In this document: positions 1-13,191 of the stretch, in pieces
Numbering within the stretch: position 1 is the stretch's first letter
Layout: every line of letters begins with the position of its first letter
Assembly: GCA_964016885.1 (NCBI GenBank)
Contig: OZ024740.1
Span: 225,432,001-225,496,000 of the forward strand
Source: Eledone cirrhosa
Taxonomy: Eukaryota
Length of the DNA stretch: 64,000 nucleotides
Direction: 5' to 3'
The notes under the pieces: model-generated
Database searches by the model: none
Seen by the model: the letters and a program-made list of their open reading frames with translations, nothing else
Told to the model about the DNA's origin: nothing
Program-made: the position numbers and the translations under genes

Positions 1-52
<52 letters not shown>

Positions 53-134
53 AGGTTAAACAAGGTTCAATGAATAAATCAAAGAATAAAGAATAAAGTT
101 TTACAGGAATGGTTTTCCGGAGTTATTAATAACG

Positions 135-380
135 CACTCTCTGTATTATATGTAATTTTTTCATGTCCCAATCTTAAGGTATATAAATATTGAGTTTTGT
201 CATATCTTATTCACTGCGATGACTGAATCTTAACCATCTACTTAGTCGGGGTATGTCATGCATCATCTTATTTTATCTGATGAGGACGTACTGTTGAAGA
301 TAGCTCAGTACCTCTGACATATGTATAATAAAATATACTGGATCACACGAATGTCTATTTTTGTCAATATTTTGAATCAA
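135..380 (+). mobile_element. PLE pseudo-LTR-like repeat carrying a hammerhead motif
   Basis: Clearly homologous to 28824-29063, which lies downstream of a GIY-YIG PLE ORF remnant; flanked by (TA)n. Confidence 0.7.
269..335 (+). ncRNA. Type I hammerhead ribozyme motif (GAAA mutated to GACA)
   Basis: Stem I TATTTTAT/ATAAAATA; CTGATGA at 277; stem II GGAcGTACTG/CAGTACcTCT; GACA; quasi-palindromic stem III ATATGTAT; ATA cleavage triplet. Confidence 0.75.
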
Positions 381-395
381 TATATATATATATAT

Positions 396-990
396 ATTAG
401 GATTGGTGCTCTGAAATAGCGATGTATACATGAATGCATGTATAGTATATTTGGCAATATACCGTATGTTTAATTAGAAACATTTTGAAGACCTTGCGCT
501 ACTATTTTAAAGTAGTGACTATGTCACTTACTTCTTTTTTCGGCAAAGGAAGGGAGAGAAGTAAGTGACATAGTCACTACATTAAAGTGATAGCGCAAGG
601 ACTTCAAAATGTTTTTAATTAAACTTACAGTATATTGCCAAATATACTATACATACAATCATGTATACATCGCTATTTCAGAGCACCAATCCTAATCTTT
701 AATTTTTGCTGGACCGGCAATCGCTCTGTATAATCAGTTCTTGGTTATTACTGGAATTCTATAAGAATCCAGCCTCTATAATTTTCGGCAGAGGCAGGGA
801 GTACGTTGCTCTGAGGAACACCAACACCAACAGTGTGAAACAGAATCTATCAGCTTCTCTCCCTTCCTTTGCCGAAAAAAGAAGTAAGTGACATAGTCAT
901 TACTTTAAAATGATAGCGCAAGGTCTTCAAAATGTTTTTAATTAAACATACGGTATATTGCCAGATATACTATACATACATTCATATATA
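396..990. repeat. Inverted plus tandem non-coding repeat, ~323 bp unit (retrozyme/pLTR-like)
   Basis: 396-535 is the reverse complement of 557-696; AGAAGTAAGTGACATAGTCA recurs at 557 and 880; hammerhead inside the unit. Confidence 0.8.
808..854 (+). ncRNA. Type I hammerhead ribozyme motif
   Basis: GCT-CTGAGGA-ACAC(11 nt loop)GTGT-GAAA-CAG aat CTA-TC-AGC; core intact, one mismatch in stem III. Confidence 0.75.
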
Positions 991-1233
991 TATATTTATA
1001 TATATATATATGTAAATATATATATGCAAATATATTATAAAGAGCTTAGCCATCAATCACCGACTCTTTGTTATATAGCCATACTCTATTTATGACAAGT
1101 ATTGAGTACTCTATCTAAGTAGTTTTGTCTGGTTCTATTATTATATATATAAACTTATATATACATATTAGGTATTAAGTTCACAATGAAAATAATAACA
1201 AAAAAGTCAAGTTATTTTACCTATTCATATCAC

Positions 1234-1468
<235 letters not shown>

Positions 1469-1605
1469 AGTGTAATTTTCTACACAAAACGAAGGTTATA
1501 GAGAAAATTGAGGTTGGTAATGGCACATGGAATATATAAGAGACAGAATACTTTTTTGTGAAAAAACATATAATTTTATAGGTAAGGAAATAATAAAGGG
1601 TATAA

Positions 1606-1653
1606 AAAATGACCGGTTTCGATGGGTCTGCAAAAGCCATCTTTTCAAATGTT
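1606..1653 (-). ncRNA. Type I hammerhead motif with U3-A8 variant core
   Basis: Minus strand AACAT-TTGAAAA-GATGG(11 nt)CCATC-GAAA-CCGG-TC-ATTTT; palindromic stem III ACCGGT. Confidence 0.7.
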
Positions 1654-1964
1654 GATTAATATTAAGAAAAATTAATAATACGAAGAGTTAAAATTTGAGA
1701 TTTGAAAATTCAAGTATAAAATTCATTGTGGGATTTCATAGTAGTTTTCATCTAGGTAGCAACAACAGGTTGACTGCTGTGTCCCTTTCTGGTAGTGAAT
1801 GAGAAGTTATTTGGGGTGTGGGTTATTTTATAAAGGTCAGATTTAGCAATGGCCAACTGGCCAGCTGCTGGTCAGTGAGGGGGTCGAAGCAATATACATA
1901 CACATATCTTCCTGTGGTGGGTAGGAGAGTGGAGCGTGTTAGAAAGGGATTTAGTGCATTTACA

Positions 1965-2113
1965 CCTATATATACACACATACCTTCATCCACACATACA
2001 TACATATACATATACATATACATATATATATATATATATATACATATACACACATACATACACACACACATACATATACATACACACACACACACACACA
2101 CATATATACACAT

Positions 2114-2156
<43 letters not shown>

Positions 2157-2221
2157 TATATACATACATACACATACATCCAGATACACACATACATACA
2201 CACACACAGACATATATATAT

Positions 2222-2263
<42 letters not shown>

Positions 2264-2570
2264 CCACACATACATACACACACACACACATATATATACA
2301 TACACACATACAAACATACACACACACACACATATATATACACATACACACACATATATATACACACACACACACGCATATATATATATATATACACATA
2401 CGCATACATCCAGATACACACATACATACACACACACACAATACATACATCCACATGCACACACATACACACACACACACATATACACATACATACACCC
2501 ACACACAGAGAAATGGCCTCCAAATATATATATATATATATATACATACAGACACATATATTTTTTCCAT
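1965..2570. repeat. Compound (TA)n/(CA)n microsatellite
   Basis: Direct reading; source of the spurious YI/HT/VC ORFs. Confidence 0.95.
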
Positions 2571-2843
2571 TAGATAAGAAGTTGGGAAAGTGAAATTAAA
2601 ATACAAGTCATTCTGATCACATTGAATTCTTCATGTAGATTGGGCCCCGCAACCGACAGTGGTGAATTCTGTGTGCGCATATATATATAGATATATGTGT
2701 GTGCACGTGCAGGGTTTAACATGGATGTGTTGGTCACACAAAGACATGGTCTGTCAACGAATAAACCTGATTCTACAGAATTGGTCTCTGGTCTTTAATA
2801 GTAGTGATTCCGTGCGTATGTGTGTTTATATTTTATGACAATT

Positions 2844-4030
2844 CTATTGGGGTGATAACCCGTTTAGTTTTGGTTTAAATTTGTTAACTAATAGATTTTC
2901 TTTGTTTATTCTTTGTTGCTGTGTGAACGAATCTGAGCACTTGTAGAAGGGGAAGATTTTAAAGTTGGGTAGTGTCATTCCTGCGCAGTTCGCAATATGG
3001 CTGCTCAAGGGGATTTTTCTTGTGTTAGCGTCCCGGATTTGTTGGCGGTGGATGGTCATTCTTTTGCGTAATGAGGTGCCCGTCTGTCCTATGTAGTTGT
3101 GTTTGCACCCACCGCAAGTTATTGCGTAAATCAAGTTCTCCGAGTTGCAGGTGAAATTGTTTTTTACTGTAAATGTTTGGCCATCTTTGAATGTAAATGT
3201 TTGTCCTTCAGTGAGGTAGAGGCACGTTCCACAGTTTGTTCTACCACATTTGGTAACTGTAGGGTTGAGGATTGGTTTGGGTATATTTGGTCCAGTGAGA
3301 ATGCGTTTAAGTGATTTGGGTTGTCTTTTACTTTTAAGGATCTTGTGTGTTTCAAGAATAGACTTCATTTTTACATCTTTAAGTAGGATGGGGAGGTTTT
3401 TGTGTAGGTGATCAAACATTTCGGTATTTCTGGGGTTGAAAGTGGATACATATGGCAGGGTGTTGAGTGTGGTTTTCTGTTTTGGATTGTTAAGTTGATG
3501 GGGATTTAGGTGTTTTGCCCTGTCTATTCCATTGTTGATTATTTCAAGTGGAAAGGCTCTTAAGATAAGGGTGTCTTTTAGTTCTTTTAGTCTTTGCTCC
3601 CGTTTAGGTGGATCTGATACTATGGTACATATACGTTTGGCCAAATTGTAAGGAATGTTAAGTTTTGTATGTTTTGGGTGACTTGATGTGAAAAAGAGGT
3701 ATTGCTTGGAATCTGTGGGTTTATAGAATATATCTGTATCTAATTTCCCGTCTATTACAGAGATGAGAATATCCAAGAAGGCTAATTCCTTAGGATTGGA
3801 TTCCATTGTGAATTGTATGTTATTATCTATGTTGTTTATCATGTTTTTAAACGTAGTAAGTGAGTTCATGTCTTCTTGCCATAGGATAAAGCAGTCGTCT
3901 AGATATCTTTTCCAATTGGCTTTGAGGTGTGTGTGGAAAGAGTCTCCAAAGTAGCACCCACATATGCCAACCTAGTCATGGGATTCCATGAACAACAAAT
4001 ATACAGTCAGTCCCTTCTCTTATTTGGAGA
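2844..4030 (-). mobile_element. 5'-truncated Penelope-like retroelement (RT C-terminal half plus GIY-YIG endonuclease), Neptune-like
   Basis: WKRYLDDCF near 3895; FLDI; DIFYKPTD; Cys linker CGRTNCGTC; NLIYAITCGGC..YIGQTG..LRKRMTIH GIY-YIG with CCHH; frame open 2844-3950; 3951-4030 inverted. Confidence 0.9.
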
Positions 4031-4466
4031 ACAAAAAAATACAGAAGCTGCCCCACTGAGTTGTGGACTGTCGTAAACATATAATTTATTTTATATTTCT
4101 ACATGTTTATACAAATACTTCTTTTTCTGTATATATATATATATATATGTGTGTGTGCGTGTGAGTGTGTGATGGTGTGAATGTGTATGCATTTCAATTT
4201 ATGGGTTTTCTGCAACACTATCTCATCTTTATATTATCGTATGACTATCATCATCTTCCTAATCTTCCAACTAATAAACACCAGTAGTCTTGAATTTTAT
4301 TGATATATATTTTTATGTGAACATAAATTTATTAAAAAAGTGGACATCTATTTCCTTATGAGACAAAATTATTTTCATGCCAGTTGCTGTTAAGCTTCTA
4401 GTTTCCTTGATTGCTTGGAAGTTGCACTCTTTTATCAACTTCTAAGCCTAATGACTGTCTCAAACT

Positions 4467-4730
4467 ATGGGGCTCATGAGGCCAATGCTTATCCAGGTTT
4501 TGTGGCATGAAGTGACTGAGAAAATAGGAATCAACCCTGGATAGGACGCCAGTCCATTGCATGGTTACACCCCTAGCTATTGTTGGTACACATTTTCAGC
4601 TGTGTACATTGGGGCAACTTGAAATGAATGTTTTGCTCAAGAACAAACACACAACCAAGCCCAGGAATCGAACCCACAACACTATGATTATAAATTCAAC
4701 ACCCTTACCACTAGGCCATGCACCTCCACT
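4467..4730 (-). mobile_element. tRNA-derived SINE (family C)
   Basis: A box TGGCCTAGTGG, B box GGTTCGATTCC, CTTGAGCAA core; second diverged copy at ~55880-56140. Confidence 0.8.
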
Positions 4731-4816
4731 TTGACATTCCCCACCAAAATTGTTTTGCAGACTCTAACTGCTTAGAGGACACCAATTAAATAATGAAACA
4801 TTCTTGATATTTTAAA

Positions 4817-5000
4817 ATAATTGTTTCTACTTTTGGCACAAGGCCAGCAATTTCCAGTGTATTAGTGGTACTTTATTTTATCGACCCCGTAAGGATGAAA
4901 GGCAAAGTTAACCTCGGCGGGATTTGAACTCAGAATGGCAAGAGCCGTAACTCTATGCGTCAAAGCATGGTGTCCGACCCTTTACCAATACTGCCAATTC
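4817..5000 (-). mobile_element. tRNA-derived SINE (family A, Meta-domain-like core)
   Basis: A box TGGCAGTATTGG, B box GAGTTCAAATCC, core GCCTTTCATCCTTACGGGGTCGATAAA; many copies in the window. Confidence 0.8.
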
Positions 5001-5793
5001 ACATCAAGTCCCAGAACTGAAACCACATCATCATCATCGTAAGTCCAACAAATTGTGATGAGGAAATTACACATGAGAAAGGAGTCATGAGTTGTGGAGT
5101 GGTTTCTGCAGCAGATATTACTAACTGGCCTTAGTGGCAACACTTTTGCCATCTTTTGCATGGAATGTAGCTAAGATATGCTGTGAAACTGATGGTGTGG
5201 AAGGTGTGGGAGTTTGAATATTTGGCTTACCATTTTCATGTTTTTTGGTTTGTTCTTTGTTTTCTTTTTTTTTTCTTTTTATTTTATACTGAAGATATAT
5301 TTTCTTGACTTGTTCACTTCTGATGGCCAGCAGCTGTAGAAACAACACCACTGTCAAAAGATCTTTAATTTTTTCTTGTTTCTTTTGTGTCAATCGATAT
5401 AATTATCTTTAGAATCTACCATAGGAAAAACAGATGGAGAAAAATATAAAACTCGTCCAAACCTAATTAAAATTTGTGATATTGGTTTAATGAATAAAAT
5501 GAAAATTTATTGCTCTGATCTTGGAAGGACATATATATATTTGACTTCTCTTCTTCTTCTTATTATTATTATTATTATTGTTGGTGAAGCCACGCTTCTT
5601 ATCGCCTCCAGTCTTTTTCAACGTGTTACCTCTTTTTCAACCGTTCTAAACCTTTTATTCAAGTTTTAAATTTGATAAAAGTTTAGAAGAAGGACCCACC
5701 TAATACAGGGGTTCACTAGTAAATAATACGGCATCCCTTTACGGGGTGTCGTATTCGTATTTGTGTAAAAATATTTTTTTGAAAAATTTCAAC

Positions 5794-7835
5794 ATGGATA
5801 ACACAAGAAAGAGAGAGAGTGCTGTCAGACAACACAGAGAGAGGGAGACTTTTTCAACATGTCAACAAGACAGCGTTCCAGCGGAGGTAAATATAAACGA
5901 AAATATTACAAAGGAAAAAAAGATTGTTACAGATTTAAAATTACCAAATATTTCTAACACAAACAACACCAACAATAACACCAACAACATCACCCACAAC
6001 AACACCAAAAATAACAGTGGTAAAGTCGAGAGCGACAATAACAAAAATAACAGCGGTAAGGTCGAGAACGACAATAACAAAAATAACAGCGGTAAGGTCG
6101 AGAACGACAATAACAATGACAATAACAACAGCCACAACAACAATAATAGTAGGAACAGTATCAACAAAAACAACAATAATGACAACAGCCACAATAACAG
6201 TAACAGCAGCAACAGTATCAACGAAAACAACACCAACAACTGTACCAGCGAAAACAAGAACAATGACACCGATACCTGGAATAGCGGCCTCAGCACCACC
6301 AGTAAGACCAGTAGTGGCAGCAATAGTGGTGCTGCTGAAAAAGGGACCACTTCTTTTGCAGGTGTCGCCCGAAATATCGAGACAGTGTTAGTCACAGAGG
6401 AGGAGATGGCAGTCGCAAGGGCCATGGTGACAAGAAGCGCAAATAGAGTTTCCCTGAAACCGCCACGCGTTTTTTTTCAAGGACCAGCAGCTACGGATGG
6501 TGACTTACCGCACCGTAAGCAAAATCTCACATCGAGTGGAAAGAGCCACGGAGGCTCAAATCCAAAAGGCCTTGGGGTGCTCTGGGCACGCAAAACCCAC
6601 ATCACCCGAGACAGAAAGTACGCCACAGTAGACGTACTTTTCGCCACCCCCTAGGAAGCAAAGTCTCACTCTTTGGAAACCCTAAAGAGTGAGGAGTTAG
6701 TCTTGGTGCCCTCCTACTGCAGGCAGAAAATTGTGAGGGTAAAGTGACCCACGTCCCACCCAACGTGCCCATACCTTGGCTGGCCGCGTCTGTCCTTGCT
6801 GGATTTGAGAACAGGGCGACCATGCTGCAAGTAGAAAAAATAGGGAGAGAGAACTGGTCAGGTATAGGCATGCAAATGCTTATACAAACTGACCAGGAAT
6901 GTATCGAGGCTATCCCCGATATCATAGACTTCGAGGAAGGACTCCAACTCCCTATAAGTGTAGAAGGAAGACGGCCAAAATGTTATCTCTGTGGGTCGAA
7001 AGGTCACCTCAGGGCCTTTTGCCCGCAGAAGACACCGAAGAGGGCCCCTCTCCTTCCAATACCTGGTCCGCTGCTACCAAGAGCAGGACAGGCAACAAAC
7101 GAAGAAGCCCCTTCCATGGTGATTAGGAGGGCAACGTCCGTAGCACTCGTACCAAGACCACGGACAACTAAAGCAGCATCATCAGTGGCGGCAACACCAA
7201 TAGCTACATTTGAAATAGCTACACCAGCAACAAAATTGCCGAAGAGAGCTCCACTACCACCACCAACAGCCGTGGAGCACATACCCCTCCCAGACGCCAC
7301 AGAGTCCGACATGGAGTTTGAGGCGGGAGTGACGTGGCAAACAGTCTGCCACAAAAAAGAAAAAAGAAAAAAACCCTTAGATTCACCCTCCAAAAGCGAA
7401 GGCATACAAAGAGGGGTAAAGGCAGCAAGGAAACTTGCAGCAACACCACCACAAACACCAACAACGCAAACACAACAAGACACACACACAAAACAGCAAC
7501 AAGAAGAAAACGGCAACAAAATCACCCTTCCCCCCAAAAAGTACACAGCCATAAACATAGCAAAAAAAGAACTCATAAAATATATAAAGCAGCACACAGA
7601 CATCACAGAAAAAAACTATTACACCCCACCAACACCAAGAACTCTCCCGACAAACATAAGCATCATCGAAATCTCAATAGAACAGTACAAACCTTTAAAA
7701 CAAAAATTCCCCAACGCAGTTGGAGACTTCAGAGGGTCGGTTACCAAGAGGATATACACTGACATCTTGGAAACACCCATGACCAGCGAAAGGGACGGTT
7801 CTACTGTCCATTCACAACACTATCAAGGTAAGTGA
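5794..7835 (+). pseudogene. LINE ORF1 (gag-like, zinc knuckle), disrupted
   Basis: CYLCGSKGHLRAFC knuckle; Asn-rich N-terminus with three 36-bp repeats; stop at 6652 and a frameshift. Confidence 0.8.
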
Positions 7836-7867
7836 CCCTTTCTCACTTGCCCCGTTTCTCATCCAAC

Positions 7868-10800
7868 ATGGCCGTACTCAGAATAGGCAGTATAAATGCA
7901 CGTAGTCTGGGGTCATCTTGGAAGTAGGGTCACCTGCTCAACGACCTCAGATCACTAAACATAGATGTGATGGCCATCAGTGAAACCAGAATCTCCGAAG
8001 CACAAACCTTCGCACTGATCTTTGGCGGCTACGATATATACGCATCTCCCAGCCATCCAGGATCGGGGGGAGGGGTTGCTATCTTTTTTCGGAGAGGCTT
8101 GGATCTCGCGATACGGGCCATCTTCCTGGACCCAGAAGGTAAGTCGGTGGTGCTGGACGTGACTGGCAGCGAAGGCAATGCTTTCAGGCTAGTAGCCGTC
8201 TATGCCCCAACAGGGGCAGTACGGCCAGATTTCTTCAGACGTCTAGAGACCTTTCTTGGAACGTCCCGCTCTTTAGTGTTAGTGGGCGACTGGAACGGTA
8301 TCTTGGATGCACGCTGGGATCGTGTGGGGCTAGTGGATAGGGGAGGAGGGTGCAAGAGCCTCACCAACCTGCTCAGACGTTTTGAACTGTCTGACAGGTA
8401 TCGACTGGATCACTCGAATGTGCCAATGTGGACATAAACAACCCACATCGGGTCATCCAGATCGTATCTCGATAGGGTATTCTGCAGAGAACTAGATAAG
8501 GCTAGTATAAGTTGTCCACAATTTAAAATAGTCGACTACACAGACCACAAATTTGTGATCTGTGAGATCGACATAGACAGACTTCATAGACAAGGGCCTG
8601 GTTACTGGAAGCTGAACGCGTCTTTCCCGGCGCGCAAAGCCTACAGAGACCGGATTAGCGTATTAGTTAAGCGTGCGTTGACGGGAGCGGTCGTCAACAA
8701 CAGGTGATGGTTCGCCCTGAGAAGGGCAATTAAAGTAGAGTCGATTAGGTTTAGCAAAGGAGTAGTGATAGAGGAAAATAGAGTAGAGGGAGAGCTAGTC
8801 AGAAAGCTAGAAGAGGCGTTTAGGACAGGCATCGCAACCGACGTGCTTGCGGCGAGATTGGCACTCGACCAATTCTTCAACTCAAAACACGAAGTTTGCG
8901 TTGTCAGAGCTAGAGCGCGTGCTCTGAAACACGAGGGGACAAAAGCCATCCAATGGGCCCGGGTGGCAGAGGCGTGACGTGGCAACAAAGCCACAATTCG
9001 GTCTTTGTCTGACCAAAACAGGTGCGTGATGCTCGAACCGGAGCGGATGTGAGAAGCTTTTCAGCAGCACTTTGCTGAACTGTTCGGGAGTGGCTGCAGC
9101 CCGGATCGAGGCATGGACTTCAGTGCATACCTCGGCTCTCGACGACCCCAGCACAGTGTTGCGAAAAGCCAATAACAGCCGGTGAAATACGGGAAGCGAT
9201 GGCTAACTGCACAAGGGGTAAATCACCAGGTTTGGATGGTCTGCCCTACGAGCTTTATGCATTTATGCCAGACTTGTTCGGTGACCTCTTGGCAGACGTC
9301 TACTGCAACTGGCAGCAGAACGGGAGCATTCCCAGTTTTGTGAGCCGGGGAGCAGTGGCGCTGCTGAGAAAAGACCCGAACAAGGGGGATGTTATCGATA
9401 ATTTCAGGCCCATAACCCTGCAAAACGCAGAGCTCAAGATTTTGGCCAAGGTGTTAGCAACGAGGTTGGCGCTTGTCATCATGGGTCTGGTGGGAGAGGC
9501 GCAGTCATGCGCCATTCCGGACAGATCCATACACGACAACCTCCACCTCATGCGATACATCATAGAGAGTGTGGTTAAGGAATCTGGCACGGATGGGGCC
9601 CTGATCAACTTAGATCAATCCAAAGAATTCGATAGGGTCGACCATCGGTACCTGGCGGCGGTCCTCGAGGCAGCCGGTTTCGGGCGCATTTTCAGGGCTT
9701 GGATCGCTGCAATGTACAACGACATCTGCTCAGTTGTGAGGGTGAATGGTCACCTGTCGCAGCCGTTCAGCATCATGCGCTCAGTCCTCCAGGGTTGTCC
9801 CCTCTCATCCCTCTTGTACGTATTGGCTCTCCAGCCGGTACTGCACAAACTGGGGACGATGAGGGGCGTCCCACGTGAACTAGGATGCGGGAAATCCGAG
9901 TCGGCTTACGCTGACGATGTAGCCATTGTGGTGTCGAGCACCAGACACGTCCAGATGCTCGACACCGATATCAAGGAATACGAAGCGGTGACAGGAGCAA
10001 AGATAAACCAGGAAAAGTCGGTGGGCTTGCAGCTCGGCACCTGGAGAGGCAAGTCCATGCCGTCCGACATCGTCGTGGGGCATTGGACGGATGGACCGGT
10101 TAAATTGCTCGGGGTCTAGTTCGAACCGGAGCTCCAGATGGAGAAAAACTGGAACGAGGTGATGAGCAGGGTGGCCTCCCTGACCTAGAAATGGGCCGAG
10201 AGGAAGCTGTCACTGAAAGGCCGGGCGGAGGTGGCGAATGCATACATCGCATCCGTCATCTGCTACCGCCTCACCATCGTCCCTTGCTCCAGCCCAACTC
10301 TCACCAAAATGGAGCGCCTCCTCTTCCGCTTTTTGTGGAAGGGACGCTCTCCCATGGTCAGACGATCCATCTGCTGTCAACACCCGTTGCGTGGAGGACT
10401 GGGCATGCCATGGCTGATGATGCGCAAACATACGCAGAGGCTGCGACATCTCTGGTGCTTCCTTGATGATGAACAGGTGTGGTCGCCGGTCGCCAGGCAC
10501 GTTTTCCCACAGCTCGTCTCCTTGACAGAGCTGCAGTCCTGGGTCAGAAAAAGACCGAGGGATAGCGCTTGGAAACTGGAATGTCTCCAGGCGCTCACTG
10601 CCCTCTGCCAGCTGGGCACCAGTATTGGTGGAACATCCACATCGGCGTTCTATAGAGGACTAGTGGAGGGGAAGAACGACGACATTCTCGGAGAGATCCT
10701 AGGCATCGAAGAAGATCAGCTGTTTGCTCTCTTCCGGAGAACTTTCAGCCCGGGGCTTATGTATAACTTCCAAAAATCCCTGGCCTGGCAGTGCTACCGA

Positions 10801-10975
10801 GGAGCTTTGCCATTTCGGGATAAACTCTACAGGCATGGAGGTGCAGTCAGCCGGGCATGTCCGAGATGCGCGCAGGGCGACGAAACCGTCCTGCACGCAC
10901 TCGTCCAGTGTCCGAGCATTGCTGACTTGTGGGTTTATGTCGAACACCTGCTGTCGCGTGTAGAACGGATCCAGC
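7868..10975 (+). pseudogene. LINE ORF2 (AP endonuclease, reverse transcriptase, C-terminal zinc finger), disrupted
   Basis: SINARSL, SET, VYAP, GDWN, YTDH (APE); KSPGLDG, FRPITL, QGCPLS, AYADD (RT); CPRC..ETVLHALVQC; several stops and frameshifts. Confidence 0.92.
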
Positions 10976-13027
10976 AATTGTAGATTTGTGTTCCATAATG
11001 ACATATTGTGCTTCAGAAAATTTGAGATCACAGGTGAGATTTTGAAGATGTCCAGTGATTTCAGAATCCATGAGTGTGGTATACTGTCAACGGCTTTTTT
11101 ATAATCGATCCATGCAGAACTGAGATTTCTGTGTTTATTATGACAGTTCTCAAGGATCATATGATTGTTTAATGCGTAAAAAACACGTATGCTTTTTCCA
11201 TGAAAATTAGAGGTTAATAGTTTATAAGTGGTGGACAAGCATGTTATGGGCTGATAGTTTTTTGGATCTTTGGTTTCGTTGTTCTTTGGTAGAAGGTAGG
11301 TAATGCCACTTGCTATCCAATCTGGTGTATTATTTGGATCTTTCATAATTCCATTAAATAGCTTGACCAATATATTGTGAGTGCATGGGAGTGAGGAAAG
11401 CCAGAAATATGGCACCCTGTCTCTACCAGGAAATTTCCATTTATGAGATTTATTGAGTGCTCTCCTTAAGTCCGCTATAGAGATGTCTTCCCAATTCTGT
11501 TCTTCTAAATTTGTGTAGGATTTTTCCAGGCGACTAATCCAATCTACATTAGTATTATATGTCTTCTCATCACTCCAAATCTTACTCCAGAAGGTTTCAA
11601 CTTCTATTATCTTCAATAATAATTTTTTTCTTCTCTACTTCTCTATAAAATGACTTGGATGAGAACAACTTATTTTGCCTGAAGAAGTTGTTTCGTTTCT
11701 CGAATCTCGAATCTACGTTTCTCGAATCTACGAATTCGTTGGGCTTTTACTTGGACTTTTTGTTTCAGAGATTCTTTTGTTGAAACTATTGCTTCTCTAG
11801 AAGACAGTCCATATTTTCTCTTTAGCTTTCTTACTTTCTTGGATCTTATATCATTTCCAGCGGTTAACTCACTCAATAAAGATATTTCTCCTCTCATTAC
11901 GTCAATCTCCTTTTTGATTCTACTCCTCCAAATTGGTTTACCTCGAAAGGTCGACTCAGTAAGATCAGGTTCTAGTTCTTCTATGATTTATTTTGTCAGA
12001 GAATTACCAATCATTATTTGTTTTCTATTTTGGATTGTATTTGGGAGTTTTTGAAGTGCTTCTCATTTATACTAGAATGGCTTACTACAGCAAGCTCATT
12101 CAGTATTTTTTGCTTTAATTCCTTTATAGTCTCCCTGTGTTCTTCAGCAGATGTTTGGTTTTCAATTACTGTTTCTAAGTCCCTGTCTTGGCTATTTTCA
12201 GCGGGTTCAATAGGGCTTCTCATTTCTACAAACCTATTTGTGATTTGGTCAGATGGAGGTCTTTCAGTAAAGACTTGTGACTGGTTACTATATCCAGGAG
12301 ATTCTTCAGTTCTTTCATCATTTATATTTATGTCATTCTCCACAGTCTGCTTGATCGCAGTTAGTTCAGTGTCTGTGAGTCTATTATTTCTGAAGATATA
12401 CCTCCTTACATTTGCCAACTTATTTCCATCCATATCACGTCTGCTAGCTTGATTCCAAGTTTTCCAGATTTTGTAAGAGTTTAAAGTGTGTCTGTTTTGT
12501 GATGGCTTACCTAATGTATAGTAATATGCATATATTACTTCTTTATACTCTTCTCGGGTCCATTTCATCCTTTTAGATTTTTCTTTTTGAGGTGGTTTGG
12601 GTGGTGGATCTGGAGGGCTCGAGTTAAGGCAATACCCGATCAAGTGACCATCCAGGTCCATAATTGGAGAAGATTTTGTGCCAGAGGAGGACTTTTCGAT
12701 CTCAGGTTGACACCTTCCTGAGGGACGCGCTTCCTGATTAACCATAGGAAAAGCGATTTGGTATTGTGTATTAATTTTTATTTGTTTTTCTTGCAGTACA
12801 TACTTGAATTACGCATGGTATTGGACGTACATGGATGTTGCCCGGCTCTTTGGGTAGTGCATTTGCTGGCTGGCACTGAGATCATTATTACTATTATAAC
12901 AGTATAGTTATGGTCATTGCTGTTGTTGATTGAGGTGATATTTTTATGGTTGCAGCTGTAAGAGGTGTACGAGAATTTTCTCAACTGTTCTTGTGGTGTG
13001 AGTGGTGTTGGTGGTAGTGGCAGGGAG
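10976..13027 (-). mobile_element. R4/Dong-like RLE LINE, family B (5' part only, decayed)
   Basis: KWTREEYKEV N-terminal motif, RIRRFEKR, NYQPITCL, AWIDYKKA; homologous to family A at protein level; breaks off inside RT. Confidence 0.85.
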
Positions 13028-13191
13028 ATTATTATTATTATTATTATTATTGTCATTTATCTTGCTTTATGTTTATACGAGTTATCACCAAGTCACAACC
13101 AGTGACCTCAAGAGACAACAAGGTCCGCCATGTTCAAGAAAGAACACACATATTCACACATGCATCCTTAGTGTTTAGACTTGTGATGTAC

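Larger units (their letters stand above)
5583..10975 (+). mobile_element. Tx1/L1-clade non-LTR retrotransposon, decayed, 3' end lost
   Basis: ORF1 with CCHC knuckle followed by APE-RT-zinc finger ORF2; starts just after (TTA)n. Confidence 0.9.

Noticed and set aside
1818-2606. Long YI/HT/VC-rich ORFs (also at 22.5, 32.5, 35.6, 42-45, 54 and 62 kb)
   Set aside because: Translations of dinucleotide microsatellites, open in many frames
8700-9060. In-frame TGA codons in Tx1 ORF2 as possible selenocysteine recoding
   Set aside because: TAG and TAA stops and frameshifts are also present, which fits ordinary decay
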